DNA of 64,000 nt from Deltaproteobacteria bacterium (GCA_034670305.1 JAXMNT010000010.1:1-64000); one strand, 5' to 3'; shown: positions 37,294-48,317, numbered from the stretch's first letter. Numbers and translations: made by a program. Notes: generated by a model from the sequence alone, not told the origin.

Positions 37294-39393
37294 TCAGCGT
37301 CCGGACTTGGGGCCCGACCGGCCTTTGCCACGTCGGCTCGGCCCGGACTTCGAGCCGCCCTTGCCTGGGCCGCCCGCGCCCCCCTTGCCCTGGCCGCCCT
37401 CGCTGCTCGAGCCACCGCTCGAACCGCCCGAACGCGACGCAGATCGCGACGTGCGTTTGCTGCCCGCTTTGCCGCCTCGGCCAGCACCCGCGCGGGCCCG
37501 CGCGCCTCGTTTGGTGTGGATCGAGAGCGAACCTTTGCCGCGTGCGGGCGGCACCAGCGCGCCTGGGTGGCTTCCGATCAGATCGTGCCGCCCGGCTTTC
37601 GCAAGGGCCTCGCGGGCGAGGTCGTGGTGGGCCGGGTCCCAGTACAGGAGCAACGCCTTCTGCAGCCGCTTCGAACGCAGGTCCTTGGCGGTGTACACGG
37701 GCTCCTGGCTGAAGGGGTCGAGGCCGGTGTGGTACATGCTCGTCGCCATCGACATCGGCGTCGGGATGAAGTCCTGGACCTGCCGGGGACGAATGCCCTT
37801 CTTCTTCAGGTAGAGGGCCAGCGCGACCATGCTCGCGAGGGTCGAACCCGGGTGGCCCGAGATGTAGTAGGGCACGAGGTGCTGGTCTTTGCCGGCGTCT
37901 TCCGAGGCGCACGCGAACATGTCTGCGAACCGCTCGTAGCTCTCGGCGCCCGGCTTCTTCATCTTGTCGAGCACGTCGTCGTCGACATGCTCCGGCGCCA
38001 CCGAGAGCTGTCCACCGGTGTGGTGTTCGGCGAGCTCCTTGGTGAACTCGGGCGAGAGCTCCGCGAGGTCGTAGCGCACCCCGCTGGCGATGAAGACCTT
38101 CGAGACGCCCTTCTCGGCGCGCACCTTCTGGAGCAGATCGACGAGCGGCGCGTGGTCGGTGACGAGGTTCTCGCACACCCCCGGATGCACGCAGCTCAGG
38201 CGTCGACAGGCCTTTTCGATCTTCGGGTCCTTGCACGCCATTTGATACATGTTCGCGGTCGGCCCACCGACGTCGGTGATGACGCCGCGGAAGTCGCCCA
38301 TGCGGCGCAATGCCCGCACCTCGCGAAGCACGCTCTCTGCGGAGCGCGAAGAGATCACGCGCCCTTCGTGTTCGGTGATGGAGCAGAACGTGCACCCGCC
38401 GAAGCAGCCCCGCATGGTCACGATCGAGTGTTTGACGGTCTCGAACGCCGGGATCGGATCCGCGTAGTCGGGGTGGGCTTCGCGCACGAACGGGAGGTCG
38501 TAGAGCTCGTCCATCTCGTCGGTCTCGAGCGCGAACGCCGGCGGGTTGAAGTACACCGCCTGGTCCCCGTGGGGCTGCACGAGCGGGCGGCCGTTCCCAG
38601 GGTTCGTTTCGTGCTGGAACGCGCGCGACATCAAGCTGAACGCTTGCTGCTTCGTGCGCACGTCTTCGTAGCTTGGGAGATGAACCGGTTTGCCGTCGGT
38701 CACGTAGCGGCTCTCGGGAAGCGATTCCCACGTGCCCTTCTTCATCACGAACGCCGTGCCGCGGATGTCGCGCAGGTCGGAGATGGACTCGCCCTTGTCG
38801 AGCCGCTTCGCGATCTCCCACACCGGGCGTTCGCCCATGCCGAAGACGAGCATGTCGGCTTTGGCGTCCATCAAGACGCTCCGCCGAACCTTGTCGCTCC
38901 AGTAGTCGTAGTGGGCGATGCGGCGAAGCGACGCTTCGATGCCACCGAGCACGATGGGCACCCCGGGCATCGCACCACGAACCAGGTTCGAGTACACGAT
39001 GCTCGCGCGGTTCGGCCGAGCGCCGGTCCGGCCCCCCGGAGAGTACTGGTCGTCGGACCGCACCTTCTTCTGCGCGGTCAGCTTGTTGAGCATGCTGTCG
39101 AGGTTGCCGGCGGCGACCCCGACGAAGAGGCGCGGCTTGCCCATCACGAGCAGATCGTCCGGCCGGTCCCAGCGGGGCTGCGCGATGAACCCCACCCGGA
39201 ACCCACGTGCTTCGAGGAACCGGGCGATCAACACCGGCCCGAACGCGGGGTGGTCGACGTAGGCGTCGCCGCTGATGATCAGGATGTCGATCTCGGCCCA
39301 CCCGCGGGCGTCGAGGTCCGCGCGGCATGTGGGCAAGAACGCCTGCTGAGGCGCGGCGCCCTTGCGTCGGATCTGTACGGTCTGGGTTTGCAT
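37294..39393 (-). CDS. ygiQ: YgiQ/UPF0313 radical SAM protein
   Basis: GDAYVDHPAFG, GGIEASLRR.AHYDYWSD, RGCFGGCTFC, GGPTANMY. Confidence 0.93.
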   Translation of the reverse strand: MQTQTVQIRRKGAAPQQAFLPTCRADLDARGWAEIDILIISGDAYVDHPAFGPVLIARFLEARGFRVGFIAQPRWDRPDDLLVMGKPRLFVGVAAGNLDSMLNKLTAQKKVRSDDQYSPGGRTGARPNRASIVYSNLVRGAMPGVPIVLGGIEASLRRIAHYDYWSDKVRRSVLMDAKADMLVFGMGERPVWEIAKRLDKGESISDLRDIRGTAFVMKKGTWESLPESRYVTDGKPVHLPSYEDVRTKQQAFSLMSRAFQHETNPGNGRPLVQPHGDQAVYFNPPAFALETDEMDELYDLPFVREAHPDYADPIPAFETVKHSIVTMRGCFGGCTFCSITEHEGRVISSRSAESVLREVRALRRMGDFRGVITDVGGPTANMYQMACKDPKIEKACRRLSCVHPGVCENLVTDHAPLVDLLQKVRAEKGVSKVFIASGVRYDLAELSPEFTKELAEHHTGGQLSVAPEHVDDDVLDKMKKPGAESYERFADMFACASEDAGKDQHLVPYYISGHPGSTLASMVALALYLKKKGIRPRQVQDFIPTPMSMATSMYHTGLDPFSQEPVYTAKDLRSKRLQKALLLYWDPAHHDLAREALAKAGRHDLIGSHPGALVPPARGKGSLSIHTKRGARARAGAGRGGKAGSKRTSRSASRSGGSSGGSSSEGGQGKGGAGGPGKGGSKSGPSRRGKGRSGPKSGR

Positions 39394-39415
39394 CACCGGG
39401 TTTGCTTCACTGAGG

Positions 39416-39952
39416 TCACAACATTTCGGGTCGGCGACCAAGCCGGTAAGGCACGAGCATGCGCTCGCTGGTGCAGGTCCCGCCGAAACACATCTCGCCG
39501 GTGCAATCGGGCAATCCGCGCGACTGGAAGGAGAGGTTCACGTCGACGCCGTCGGGGAGCTCGGGACCGATGAACGGGTTGCCGAGGTCTTTGTCGATCA
39601 CTCCGTCGTCGGCGACCGCGTCCCCCATCTCTCCGTCGTCGCGCACGGTGAGGATGTCGAAGATGCGGGGCGAGTCCCCAAGCGTCAGCATCTGGATGCC
39701 GACTTCGTGCCGGCGGGGCGGATCGCTGCAACGGCTCAGCTCGACATGGATCTGGATCCGCGCGTCTCGGTCGTCGACCACGACCCGATCGGGGGTCAGC
39801 GTCGCGACCTCCACAATCGAGATCTCCCGCGGCAAACAGTTGGGCACCGTCTCCCCGGCGCAGTTGCGCTCGAAGTCGGTCTCCGGTCCGCACGAGAACG
39901 CCGCGGCCAAACACGCCGTCAGGCTCGCGACGAAGAAACGTCGCGGTTTCAT
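39416..39952 (-). CDS. Hypothetical lipoprotein
   Basis: MKPRRFF...AFSC lipobox; DDG.MGDAVADDG motif; 4-bp overlap with the upstream gene. Confidence 0.7.
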   Translation of the reverse strand: MKPRRFFVASLTACLAAAFSCGPETDFERNCAGETVPNCLPREISIVEVATLTPDRVVVDDRDARIQIHVELSRCSDPPRRHEVGIQMLTLGDSPRIFDILTVRDDGEMGDAVADDGVIDKDLGNPFIGPELPDGVDVNLSFQSRGLPDCTGEMCFGGTCTSERMLVPYRLGRRPEML

Positions 39953-41667
39953 CGGCGGCGACGGGGGTTTTCGTAGACGGTCACGATCGGCACACCGTCC
40001 AGGGTGAGCACATGGACCGGCTGTGTCGAGCCGAACGCCACCCACGCCTGGAAATCGACCTCCGCGAAGTGGTGTTCGTGGTGGACCATCACGAAGTCCG
40101 CGCTGGGCAGATCCATCGTCCCTCGGATGTTTCGGGGCAGGTGGCCGTCGCGCTGGAGCATCGTCCACGCACTCGGCAGCGTGTCGCACAGGTACACACT
40201 CCCGCCGTTCGGCATCTCCCGCTTGAAGAACTCGGTGAGGCTGCCGGTGGTGAAGCCCCAGAACTGACGGTTCATGCCGTGGTCCGCCGCCCCGGGCACC
40301 CCACCGGCCGCGGCGGTGTAGTGCGAGAGTCCAAACGGGTGCGAGTGGTGGGTCTCGATGGCGAGTGGCGCGAGAAGCACCACCGCCGCGAGGGCCCGCG
40401 CGGTATCGCCGGCTTTGGGAAGCCGCGCGCCGAGCGCATGCCGGAAACTGTGCGCGACCCGCACGAACCCAAACCCCGCGTAGAGCGCGAAGAAGGGATA
40501 CGCGGTAAGCCAGTGTTTGGTGCCGCCGAAGATCGGACTCGAAGGAAGCGCGATGACCACGAGCGGGGCGAGCAGACACCCGAAGAGCAACACATCGGTG
40601 TGCGCGGCGTCGGCCTGCACGTCGCCCTTGGGCCAGATCCGCTTCGCGATTCCATCGGGCAAAAGTGCGCGGGCGCGGCGGCTGAGTCCGAGCCCGACCA
40701 GAACGAGGAAGGTGAGCGGCACCGTGAAGAGCGTCAGCACGAACGGGAACGCGATGGGGAACGGCGGCTCGAAGTAGGTTCGGCCGAAGTACACCATGTT
40801 GTAGTACTCGTGGCTCAGGTGGAACCGAATGTAGAACCCGATGCGCGGGAGGATGGTCTCGAGGTCCCAGAGCCACGGCCAGGTCGCGACGAAGATCAGC
40901 GGCCCGATCGTCGCCATCGAGAGCAACCACCAAGGCCGGGACGACAGCGATGCTGAGATGCGCTCGCCTTTCTTGCGACGGCTGCGCACCGAGACGGTGG
41001 TCCACACGAAGTGGATGAGAAAGATGGGGGGCAGGATCCAGCTGTTGTGTTTGGTGGCGAGCGCCAACCCGAACGCGATGCCCGCCATCACCGCCCAGCT
41101 GCGACTGCGCAGCGACCGCCAATACGCATAGACCGCGAACGTGATCGCGAGCGTGATCGGCACATCGAAGCAGTCGAGGTGCGCGTGGTAGAAGGCGCGC
41201 GGCAAAAGCGCATACGACGCGGCCGCGAACGCGCCGGCGGGGCGGCCGAAAACCCTCGCGCCGAAGATGTAGAGCAGCCACAACAGCAACCCCGCGCATG
41301 CCATGCCGGGAAACCGGAACGCGAGTGAATCGGTCGCGAAGAACCCCTGCGCTGGCGCGTCCCGAGCGGCGCCCGGGTCCTTCTTGGACTCGTGCAGCAG
41401 CCAGCTCAGCGCGAACATCGACTTCACGAGTCCGGGGTGCTCGCTGTTGAAGCTCCAGCCGTGGTCGATGGCTTCCGGAGTCAGCGCTTCGGTCCGGTCG
41501 TCGGCGTAGAGGCGCATCCACGCCCCGTAGTCCTGCGCCGCCCGCACGTAGAACCCCTCGTCCCGCGACATACCGATGTCGGCCGCGGTGGGGATCAGCA
41601 GCGCAACGTACGCCACACACAAGACCAGCCCGACGAGGTGGTCTCGAAAGCCGATCCTCGGCGTCAT
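39949..41667 (-). CDS. ArnT/PMT-family (GT-C) glycosyltransferase
   Basis: SRDEGFY, SEHPGLVK, LALATKHN, many TM helices. Confidence 0.85.
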   Translation of the reverse strand: MTPRIGFRDHLVGLVLCVAYVALLIPTAADIGMSRDEGFYVRAAQDYGAWMRLYADDRTEALTPEAIDHGWSFNSEHPGLVKSMFALSWLLHESKKDPGAARDAPAQGFFATDSLAFRFPGMACAGLLLWLLYIFGARVFGRPAGAFAAASYALLPRAFYHAHLDCFDVPITLAITFAVYAYWRSLRSRSWAVMAGIAFGLALATKHNSWILPPIFLIHFVWTTVSVRSRRKKGERISASLSSRPWWLLSMATIGPLIFVATWPWLWDLETILPRIGFYIRFHLSHEYYNMVYFGRTYFEPPFPIAFPFVLTLFTVPLTFLVLVGLGLSRRARALLPDGIAKRIWPKGDVQADAAHTDVLLFGCLLAPLVVIALPSSPIFGGTKHWLTAYPFFALYAGFGFVRVAHSFRHALGARLPKAGDTARALAAVVLLAPLAIETHHSHPFGLSHYTAAAGGVPGAADHGMNRQFWGFTTGSLTEFFKREMPNGGSVYLCDTLPSAWTMLQRDGHLPRNIRGTMDLPSADFVMVHHEHHFAEVDFQAWVAFGSTQPVHVLTLDGVPIVTVYENPRRRR

Positions 41668-42749
41668 GGGATCGACTCCGACGAAGCGGCGGGGCCGCGG
41701 GTGCTCGCCGCCCAGCACAGGGTGCGCATGTCCGGCTGGTCCGCGCGCACCTCGATCGTCACGTCGCCCCGCGCGCGATCGCCGCGCGCCCGGGTCTCGG
41801 TCGAGACCTCGAGCCGCTTCCAGCCATCGCCGTCGCGGTGGACCATCGTGCCGATCGACTCGCCGTCGAGTTCGACCTCGACCTCGACCGTGCCACCCGT
41901 GAGGGGGCGTTCGTGCACGTAGTACAGGCCCGCGTGCAGCACGATGCGTTCGCCGAGGGGCACGTTGCGCAGGGTCGTCCGCACCGGCTCACCCGACGCG
42001 GGGTGCTGCCACACGCAGCGCCGCGGCTGGAGATCGAGATCCTCGAGCACGGTCTCGCCGACGAAGAGCCATGGCTGCGGCCCGCAATGAAACCGGTCCT
42101 TCGGCCAGAGCGCGCCCCGCCCGAGACCGCCGCCTTCCGCGCGCCGCGATTGCCACCGGCACGCGCGCTCGCCGATGCGCACCTCGGCCTGCGGCAACGC
42201 GTCGATCAGGTTCGCCACGATCGGGCTGGGCCCGATGTCGTGCAGCCGGACCGACACCTCGCCGAACTCATGCAGCGGGAGCGGCTCTGCGTCGCGTGGA
42301 TTCAACCCCCGGTGCCAGTGCCCCCGGATCGACACCTCCCACACCCGTTCGAACGGCGCGAAGTCCGCGCGTCCGGCGGCCGCGATCGGGATCTCGTCCC
42401 CGAGGTGCAGCCGCAGGAGAGGGTCCGCCCAGTCCGGCGCGACCAGAATCAAATCCCCTGGCTGCTTCTCGGAGCGGATGTAGGCACTCGCGGCTTCCCA
42501 GTCCGAATCCGGCGGCACCCGAGAGCGGATCACGAAGTGCGCGGTCAGCTCGAACAGGACCACCATGGCGAGCAGCCACCACGGCCAGCGCGCACGCCAG
42601 GTCGTCCACGAGAAGGTCAGGCGCGGAGGATCCGATGCCACGCCGGACCGTACCCGAACCCCCGCCCCCACGCGACGCCCAGTTTCTACCGGTTCGGATT
42701 CTCGGATAGGGTGCACAACGATGCGATCGTTTGTGCTTTTCGAGGGCAC
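41664..42749 (-). CDS. Hypothetical membrane-anchored protein
   Basis: Single TM then a periplasmic domain; 4-bp overlap with the GT gene. Confidence 0.65.
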   Translation of the reverse strand: MPSKSTNDRIVVHPIRESEPVETGRRVGAGVRVRSGVASDPPRLTFSWTTWRARWPWWLLAMVVLFELTAHFVIRSRVPPDSDWEAASAYIRSEKQPGDLILVAPDWADPLLRLHLGDEIPIAAAGRADFAPFERVWEVSIRGHWHRGLNPRDAEPLPLHEFGEVSVRLHDIGPSPIVANLIDALPQAEVRIGERACRWQSRRAEGGGLGRGALWPKDRFHCGPQPWLFVGETVLEDLDLQPRRCVWQHPASGEPVRTTLRNVPLGERIVLHAGLYYVHERPLTGGTVEVEVELDGESIGTMVHRDGDGWKRLEVSTETRARGDRARGDVTIEVRADQPDMRTLCWAASTRGPAASSESIP

Positions 42750-42883
42750 CCATCGAGCGGACCCTCGCGGAGCATCACACCAGCGAGGTGCTCACGTTGA
42801 AGGATGCCGCCCGAGACCGAGCGGCATCCGAAACGCAGATTCTCGAAGCGATCCTGGGGTGAGCCCTGGTCCGCTGGGGACCG

Positions 42884-45808
42884 CTATTCCATGGCCTCGC
42901 AGACCCACTCGAGGTTGGTCTCGGTGAGGGCCGGTGTCCGGGTGCGGTCGACCGAGCCGGAGAGGATGGCGGTCATCTGGACGTAGGGCAGGTTCTGGGG
43001 TTGGCCGTTGGCGCCGAGGAAGGCGCCGAGGTTCACGGGCGGTGTCAGACCATCGTCCGGGACCACGAACCCGACCGGCATCGCGGCGGCCAGGCCAGCT
43101 TCGGTGGCTGCGGTGCGGAACTGGAACTCGATCGTCGTGTTCGGCGGGGTGTCTGCGACCCAGGTGAACGGTCCCCAGTTGGGTCGCGTCGGCGGGATCT
43201 CGCAGCTCTCGGTCGCGTCGTAGACACGCCAGTACGAACCCGTCACCGGGGGACAGGGGAACGAGCCGGTCACGACCGCGTCGGGATCCGTCTGGAGCTC
43301 GTCGCACGCGGTGCCGTTGAGCACGATGGTGTCCTCGTCGACGAGCGACCAACCGTCCGGTCCTTCGCACAACAGCGAACGTCCGTTGATCTGCACGTCG
43401 CCGAAGCAGGCCACGTCGGGGTCGATGGTGCCGCTGGTGTCCAGCTCGCAGGACATCGTGCCCGAGATGATGCCGCGGATCGCCGCACGAAGACCATCGC
43501 TGTCGGTCGCGACCCAGTAGGGCGCGCCCGAGGCGACGCCGATGCCCGCGTTGGCGACGTCCTGGAGGTGGCTCTCGCCGATGGCGTTGCCCACACTGAT
43601 GACGAACGTTCGGATCCCAGCTCGGAAGCCGCGCGCCGTCTCTGCGACAACCGCCGCGCGCGCGTTCGAAGCGCAGCCGTTCGGTTCACCGTCGGTCGCA
43701 AGGATCACGATCGGCGGTCCGTCGGCCGGCGGCGACGCGATGATCGCGTCGTAGACCTCTCGAAGGGCTTCCGAAGTCGGCGTGCCGCCGCCCGGTCGCT
43801 GAGGTCGGTAGAAGCTGTTGATCGGGCCGAAGTTGTTCAGGTTCATCGCGGTCACACCGCGCGTCGCACTTCCTCCACAGCTGCGGCTGCTGAAGAAGCT
43901 CGAGGTGTAGGTCTGCAGCCCGAACCGTACCTGGGCCTCGAGCTCCCCGATGATGCCGCGATCCGCGCCCGTGCCCGTCACACCGATCATGGTGTCGCGG
44001 ACCGCGTTCCAGCGGCTGCTCGAGCCGGGGAAGCTGTTGCCCATCGAACCGGACTGGTCGATGAGGGTCATGACGTTCGGAATGACCCGGTCCGCCATGA
44101 CTTCGACCGTCGCACAGGCGGGCACGGTCGGCGGCACGACGATGCGCACTTCTTTGGTCCCCGCGACGACCGAGTCGTTGTAGAGGACCTGGATGTCGAA
44201 GTTGAAGACCTGCGTGGTCGCCATGCCCATGACCACGTCGTTGTGGAACGCGATCTCGAAGTTCGTGTCGGTGCCCGGCAAGCACCCGTTGTACCGGGCG
44301 CCGCTGCGGGACTGACAGCTGCCGCGCGGTCCCCAAGGACGGGCGATGATCGACGAGACGAAGTCGCACTCGTTGATTCCGGCCGTGGAGGGGTTGTCGA
44401 TGCAGACCGCGGACACATCGACCCGCGAGTAGTCCGCAAGCTCGCGGACCGCGTCCACGATGGCGGTGCTCAGGCCCGAGCCGTTGCTCGGAATCGAGAA
44501 GATGAACGGCGCGCCGGCCGCGTTGACCGAACCAGTCGCGTAGGCGACCGCCTGCAGGTCCTGCATGACGGTGCTGTTGCGGCCCGACGACTCGATGGAG
44601 ATGACCTTCATGCCGCGCGAGACGATCGCGTTGCGCATCTGGACGGCGGACGCGGCGATTCCGCTGACGGTGCCGCTGTAGTTGTAGGAGCCCCAGGTGC
44701 CATTGTGGGTCGGCGCGTCGGTAAAGAGCACGATGACCGGGATCGCGTCCGGGCGGAAACACGGGTAGCCGAAGCGGCCCGCAGGACAGCCGCTGCGCCG
44801 CGCCAAGTAGGAACCGAGTCCGTTGCCACTGGCCACCGCGTAGAGCGCCTGGCTCTGAGACTCCGGCCAGTCGTAGCCCCAGTGGGTGCTGAGCGAGTTC
44901 ACCGCGGTCTGTGCGCGACCCGAGTTGTCCTCGAGATCCATCAGGTTGCGGTAGACCGTGTCGCCGTAGCGGCCGTCGCCATACGGGTTGACCGGGTAGT
45001 CGTCGTGGAAGCCGACGCCGAACCAGGCGTCCGGGATCTCACATCGGATCGCACCGATGACGCCGCCGGGACAGCCGGCGATCAACGTGCCCGAGGTCAG
45101 GCCGCTGCGCAGGTTGTTGATCTCCCCACCCATCGAGCCGGTGGTGTCCACCAGGAAGTACACGTCGACCGTACGGACCTGGACGTTGATGACGCAGGGG
45201 TCGATCTCGGTCGGGCCCCCGAACGGGAGCTCGTGGAAGAGCCCCGGTTCACCGGTGCCGGTCGGGCAGCCGAAGTAGTCGGGATCGCCGGGAACGGTGG
45301 GGCAGTCGTCCGCGATGTCCGGAACGCCATCGCGGTCGCGGTCAGGCGAGGTGGGCGTGCCGTGCGAGCTCGGCGGGATGGTGATGCCGCCGCGGCCCGG
45401 GTCGTATTCGACGTTGTCGGAGTTGTCGTCGGTCAGGTCGCCGTCGTCCGGCCGATCGCGCGCGGTGCTGCAATCGGGGTCGCAGGGGTTGCACTCGACC
45501 GGGCCTTCGATGAGCGACGCCATGCCCTCGAGGTGGAAGGTCTCGATGTGCTCGCAGCCGGACCAAGCACCGCCGCGGCAGTACTGGGTGCCCACACCAC
45601 AGACGAGGGCCCCGTCCACGGCGGAGGGGGCCTCGTAACACTCGACCGGAAGGGAGCCGGGGTCGCAGACGCAGCCCTCGGCGGTACACCCGGCATCGCC
45701 GTCGATCGGGGTGGGATCGAAGTCCCAATCCCCTTCGGGCGCAGGGGCGCCCCCTTCGAGACAACTGGCCAGCAAAACCGGCACACAAAAGATGAGAAAG
45801 CGGCGCAT
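42884..45808 (-). CDS. Cys-rich lipoprotein with two VWA domains
   Basis: Lipobox LASC; MIDAS-like DTTGSM and DQSGSM; TSP3-like DRDRDGVPDIADDCP. Confidence 0.85.
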   Translation of the reverse strand: MRRFLIFCVPVLLASCLEGGAPAPEGDWDFDPTPIDGDAGCTAEGCVCDPGSLPVECYEAPSAVDGALVCGVGTQYCRGGAWSGCEHIETFHLEGMASLIEGPVECNPCDPDCSTARDRPDDGDLTDDNSDNVEYDPGRGGITIPPSSHGTPTSPDRDRDGVPDIADDCPTVPGDPDYFGCPTGTGEPGLFHELPFGGPTEIDPCVINVQVRTVDVYFLVDTTGSMGGEINNLRSGLTSGTLIAGCPGGVIGAIRCEIPDAWFGVGFHDDYPVNPYGDGRYGDTVYRNLMDLEDNSGRAQTAVNSLSTHWGYDWPESQSQALYAVASGNGLGSYLARRSGCPAGRFGYPCFRPDAIPVIVLFTDAPTHNGTWGSYNYSGTVSGIAASAVQMRNAIVSRGMKVISIESSGRNSTVMQDLQAVAYATGSVNAAGAPFIFSIPSNGSGLSTAIVDAVRELADYSRVDVSAVCIDNPSTAGINECDFVSSIIARPWGPRGSCQSRSGARYNGCLPGTDTNFEIAFHNDVVMGMATTQVFNFDIQVLYNDSVVAGTKEVRIVVPPTVPACATVEVMADRVIPNVMTLIDQSGSMGNSFPGSSSRWNAVRDTMIGVTGTGADRGIIGELEAQVRFGLQTYTSSFFSSRSCGGSATRGVTAMNLNNFGPINSFYRPQRPGGGTPTSEALREVYDAIIASPPADGPPIVILATDGEPNGCASNARAAVVAETARGFRAGIRTFVISVGNAIGESHLQDVANAGIGVASGAPYWVATDSDGLRAAIRGIISGTMSCELDTSGTIDPDVACFGDVQINGRSLLCEGPDGWSLVDEDTIVLNGTACDELQTDPDAVVTGSFPCPPVTGSYWRVYDATESCEIPPTRPNWGPFTWVADTPPNTTIEFQFRTAATEAGLAAAMPVGFVVPDDGLTPPVNLGAFLGANGQPQNLPYVQMTAILSGSVDRTRTPALTETNLEWVCEAME

Positions 45809-45948
45809 GGATTCTCCCGCGGGAAGCCGGTGCAATGATCGCGCCTCCCGTGAAACCCTGGAATCATTGAACAAATCAGCCACCGATCTTCTTCATCCTT
45901 GCGCCCCCATGAAAAACTTGCGGAGCGATCTGAGTTGGCTGTGCCGCG

Positions 45949-46947
45949 CTAGGACGGGATGCAGCTGAGAGGTGCCGTCTCGGAGGTGGTTCCACAGACG
46001 GAACCAGCCGGGCAGTCGGCACTGGTCGTACACGACCCGGCGGTCACACAGATGGAGACGCCATCGCCCCAGGGGTCGACACAGGTGAACCCCGCGGCGC
46101 AGTCCGCACCACTGGCGCAGGGCCCCTGCGAGCGACAATCCGTGTTCTTGGACGGATCGGCGCCGCACACCGTGCCGGGCGCGCAGTCGTCGCTGGAATC
46201 GCAGTCGCCACCGCTGTTCGGACGGCACTCGTTGTCGCCATCGCCGTCGATGTCGATGCAGGAGAAGCCCGGACCACAGACCTCGAACGCATTGCACGGC
46301 TGGTAGAGCCGGCGGCAGTACGGTTCGTCGACGAACGTGTCCGTGTCGTCGCAGTAGAAACCCCACGGGCAATCCGGCCCGGCAGTGCACCCGATCCGCC
46401 GGTTGACGCAGCTTCCTGCGTCGCAGGAGTGGCCCCGCGGGCAGTCCCGGCTGTCGTTGCAGGTCGCGGCGCCCGAATCGCAGACGGGCACGAACGCGAA
46501 CCGCGCGCACGAACTCGAGGGATGGCAGTCGTCGTCCGACTCGCACTCCGCGCCGGCGAGCTGACAGGTGTTGCGGTCGCAGCCGTCGGGGAGGCACGTG
46601 GTGCCCGCGCCACACGTCTCCGGTGCTGCCGGGCTGCACTCGGGGGTGTCGCAGAGGCAGAGGTCGTAGACCCCCTCGGAATCGAAGCAGGTCTCTGGGT
46701 CGAACCCGCCGTCGGTGCCGGAATCGGTCGCATCGATCATGGGTGCATCGACCGGGCCTACGTCGATCATGGGGGCGTCCACGCCAGCGGCATCGCCAGC
46801 GTCTTCATCGCCGCCGTCGACCGGATCCCCCCCGCCGTCCACACCGCCGTCCCGAGTCCCGGTGTCGCCGCCGGGCGGAGGCGCGCTGTCGTCGCCGCAT
46901 CCCACCGAGATCACACCGCAGAGAATCCAAACACTCAGCCACCGCAT
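45949..46947 (-). CDS. Cys-rich repeat lipoprotein
   Basis: Lipobox SVGC; repeated C....DC..G..C modules. Confidence 0.8.
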   Translation of the reverse strand: MRWLSVWILCGVISVGCGDDSAPPPGGDTGTRDGGVDGGGDPVDGGDEDAGDAAGVDAPMIDVGPVDAPMIDATDSGTDGGFDPETCFDSEGVYDLCLCDTPECSPAAPETCGAGTTCLPDGCDRNTCQLAGAECESDDDCHPSSSCARFAFVPVCDSGAATCNDSRDCPRGHSCDAGSCVNRRIGCTAGPDCPWGFYCDDTDTFVDEPYCRRLYQPCNAFEVCGPGFSCIDIDGDGDNECRPNSGGDCDSSDDCAPGTVCGADPSKNTDCRSQGPCASGADCAAGFTCVDPWGDGVSICVTAGSCTTSADCPAGSVCGTTSETAPLSCIPS

Positions 46948-48230
46948 CGAACTCTCCTCACCATGATGTCGCTGCCATCGTCCGAATCGTGTGCCCAGCC
47001 AATGACCAGGGTGCCATCGAGGCCGACTTCGACCGCCACAGGTCCACCGGTTTCACTGGTCGAATCCAGATCGATCTCATCGGTCACGTCGCCGGTCGAG
47101 GTCGACACGAACGCGAGCCGGATCTTCGGGTACCCCTCGCCCTCTCCGTCGAGCGCGCGGTACGCGACCGCGAACCCGCCGGCGAGCGCGGCGATGCCGG
47201 GATCGCGGCCTCGGCCGCTGCCGGTCAGGATGCCTTCGAGGCCGACCGCCGCACCGGTCTCGCCGTCCACCCGCCGGAAGTGCACCTCCGTGCGCACCCC
47301 GCCGCCGGCCACGTCCACATCGAACGCCACGCCAACGTCGCCGCCAAAGCCGGTGGCGCCGTCGACCGTACCGATCGCGTTGCCGCCGTTGTCGATGCGC
47401 TCGAGCGCACCCGCCACCCGGCCATCCGCGTCGAGCGGCTGGAAGAAGACGTGTTGTTCGTCGGCCATCGGGCGCACGAAGAGCGCGCCCACCCCCATCG
47501 GGAGCGGGACCAAACGCATCTCCTGAAGAGACGTCGCGGCGATCGTCGTGGCCGCCGCCGCGCCGGCACCCGACGCATTGAGCAACATCGTCTGTCCGGT
47601 TCGGGAACCCATGATGTCGTCTTCGACGAACGCCGCGACCACGCCGCTCGGACCCGCCGCGAGGTAGGGCGCGTCGTGAATGATTCCGTCACCCATCGTG
47701 ATGCGTTGCGCGCCGCCGCTCGGTGCACCATCCGCGCCGAGCAGTCGCGTCACGACCTGGAAGCCCATCGTGCCGTCGTTGTCGAACCAAGCGCTGAGGT
47801 AACCACCGCTCACCGCCACGAGTGCCGGCGTCTGGGCGGTGGCGAAGTGATCGGTGATCGCGTGCTCGGTTCCGACGTCGCCGGTGCTCGGCACCGTGCG
47901 CGCGAAGACGTCCTCGAACCCATCCGGTGCGGCGGCGTACATCGCGACCACACCGCTCGCGGCCGGCGCCAGGGCCACCCGCTGGGGACGGATGCGCATG
48001 CCTTCGGTCAGCATGAAGACGTCTGCCGGCGTCGTGCCGCACTCGCCCATCGTCATCCCGCTGTCGCCGGCATCGACCATGGTGGGCGCATCGACCGGGG
48101 GCGCATCGGGTCCTCCCATGTCCGGTCCGGCGTCGCGGGGCCCACCGGTGTCGGCGGGCGGCGGCGCACTGTCGTCTCCACACGCCACGAGCATGAGCAT
48201 CGCGACGCAACCCAAAGCCAAGCGAACCAT
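46935..48230 (-). CDS. Lipoprotein, probable beta-propeller-like
   Basis: Lipobox LVAC; repeated P.L......AW.D beta motifs. Confidence 0.7.
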   Translation of the reverse strand: MVRLALGCVAMLMLVACGDDSAPPPADTGGPRDAGPDMGGPDAPPVDAPTMVDAGDSGMTMGECGTTPADVFMLTEGMRIRPQRVALAPAASGVVAMYAAAPDGFEDVFARTVPSTGDVGTEHAITDHFATAQTPALVAVSGGYLSAWFDNDGTMGFQVVTRLLGADGAPSGGAQRITMGDGIIHDAPYLAAGPSGVVAAFVEDDIMGSRTGQTMLLNASGAGAAAATTIAATSLQEMRLVPLPMGVGALFVRPMADEQHVFFQPLDADGRVAGALERIDNGGNAIGTVDGATGFGGDVGVAFDVDVAGGGVRTEVHFRRVDGETGAAVGLEGILTGSGRGRDPGIAALAGGFAVAYRALDGEGEGYPKIRLAFVSTSTGDVTDEIDLDSTSETGGPVAVEVGLDGTLVIGWAHDSDDGSDIMVRRVRCGG

Positions 48231-48317
48231 CCGCGACAGGATACCCCGCGCACCCGAGGAAGGCATTGTTTCAGACGATCCGCGGCGCAGAGGAGCGGCG
48301 AAGAGCCGCCGAAGAGG

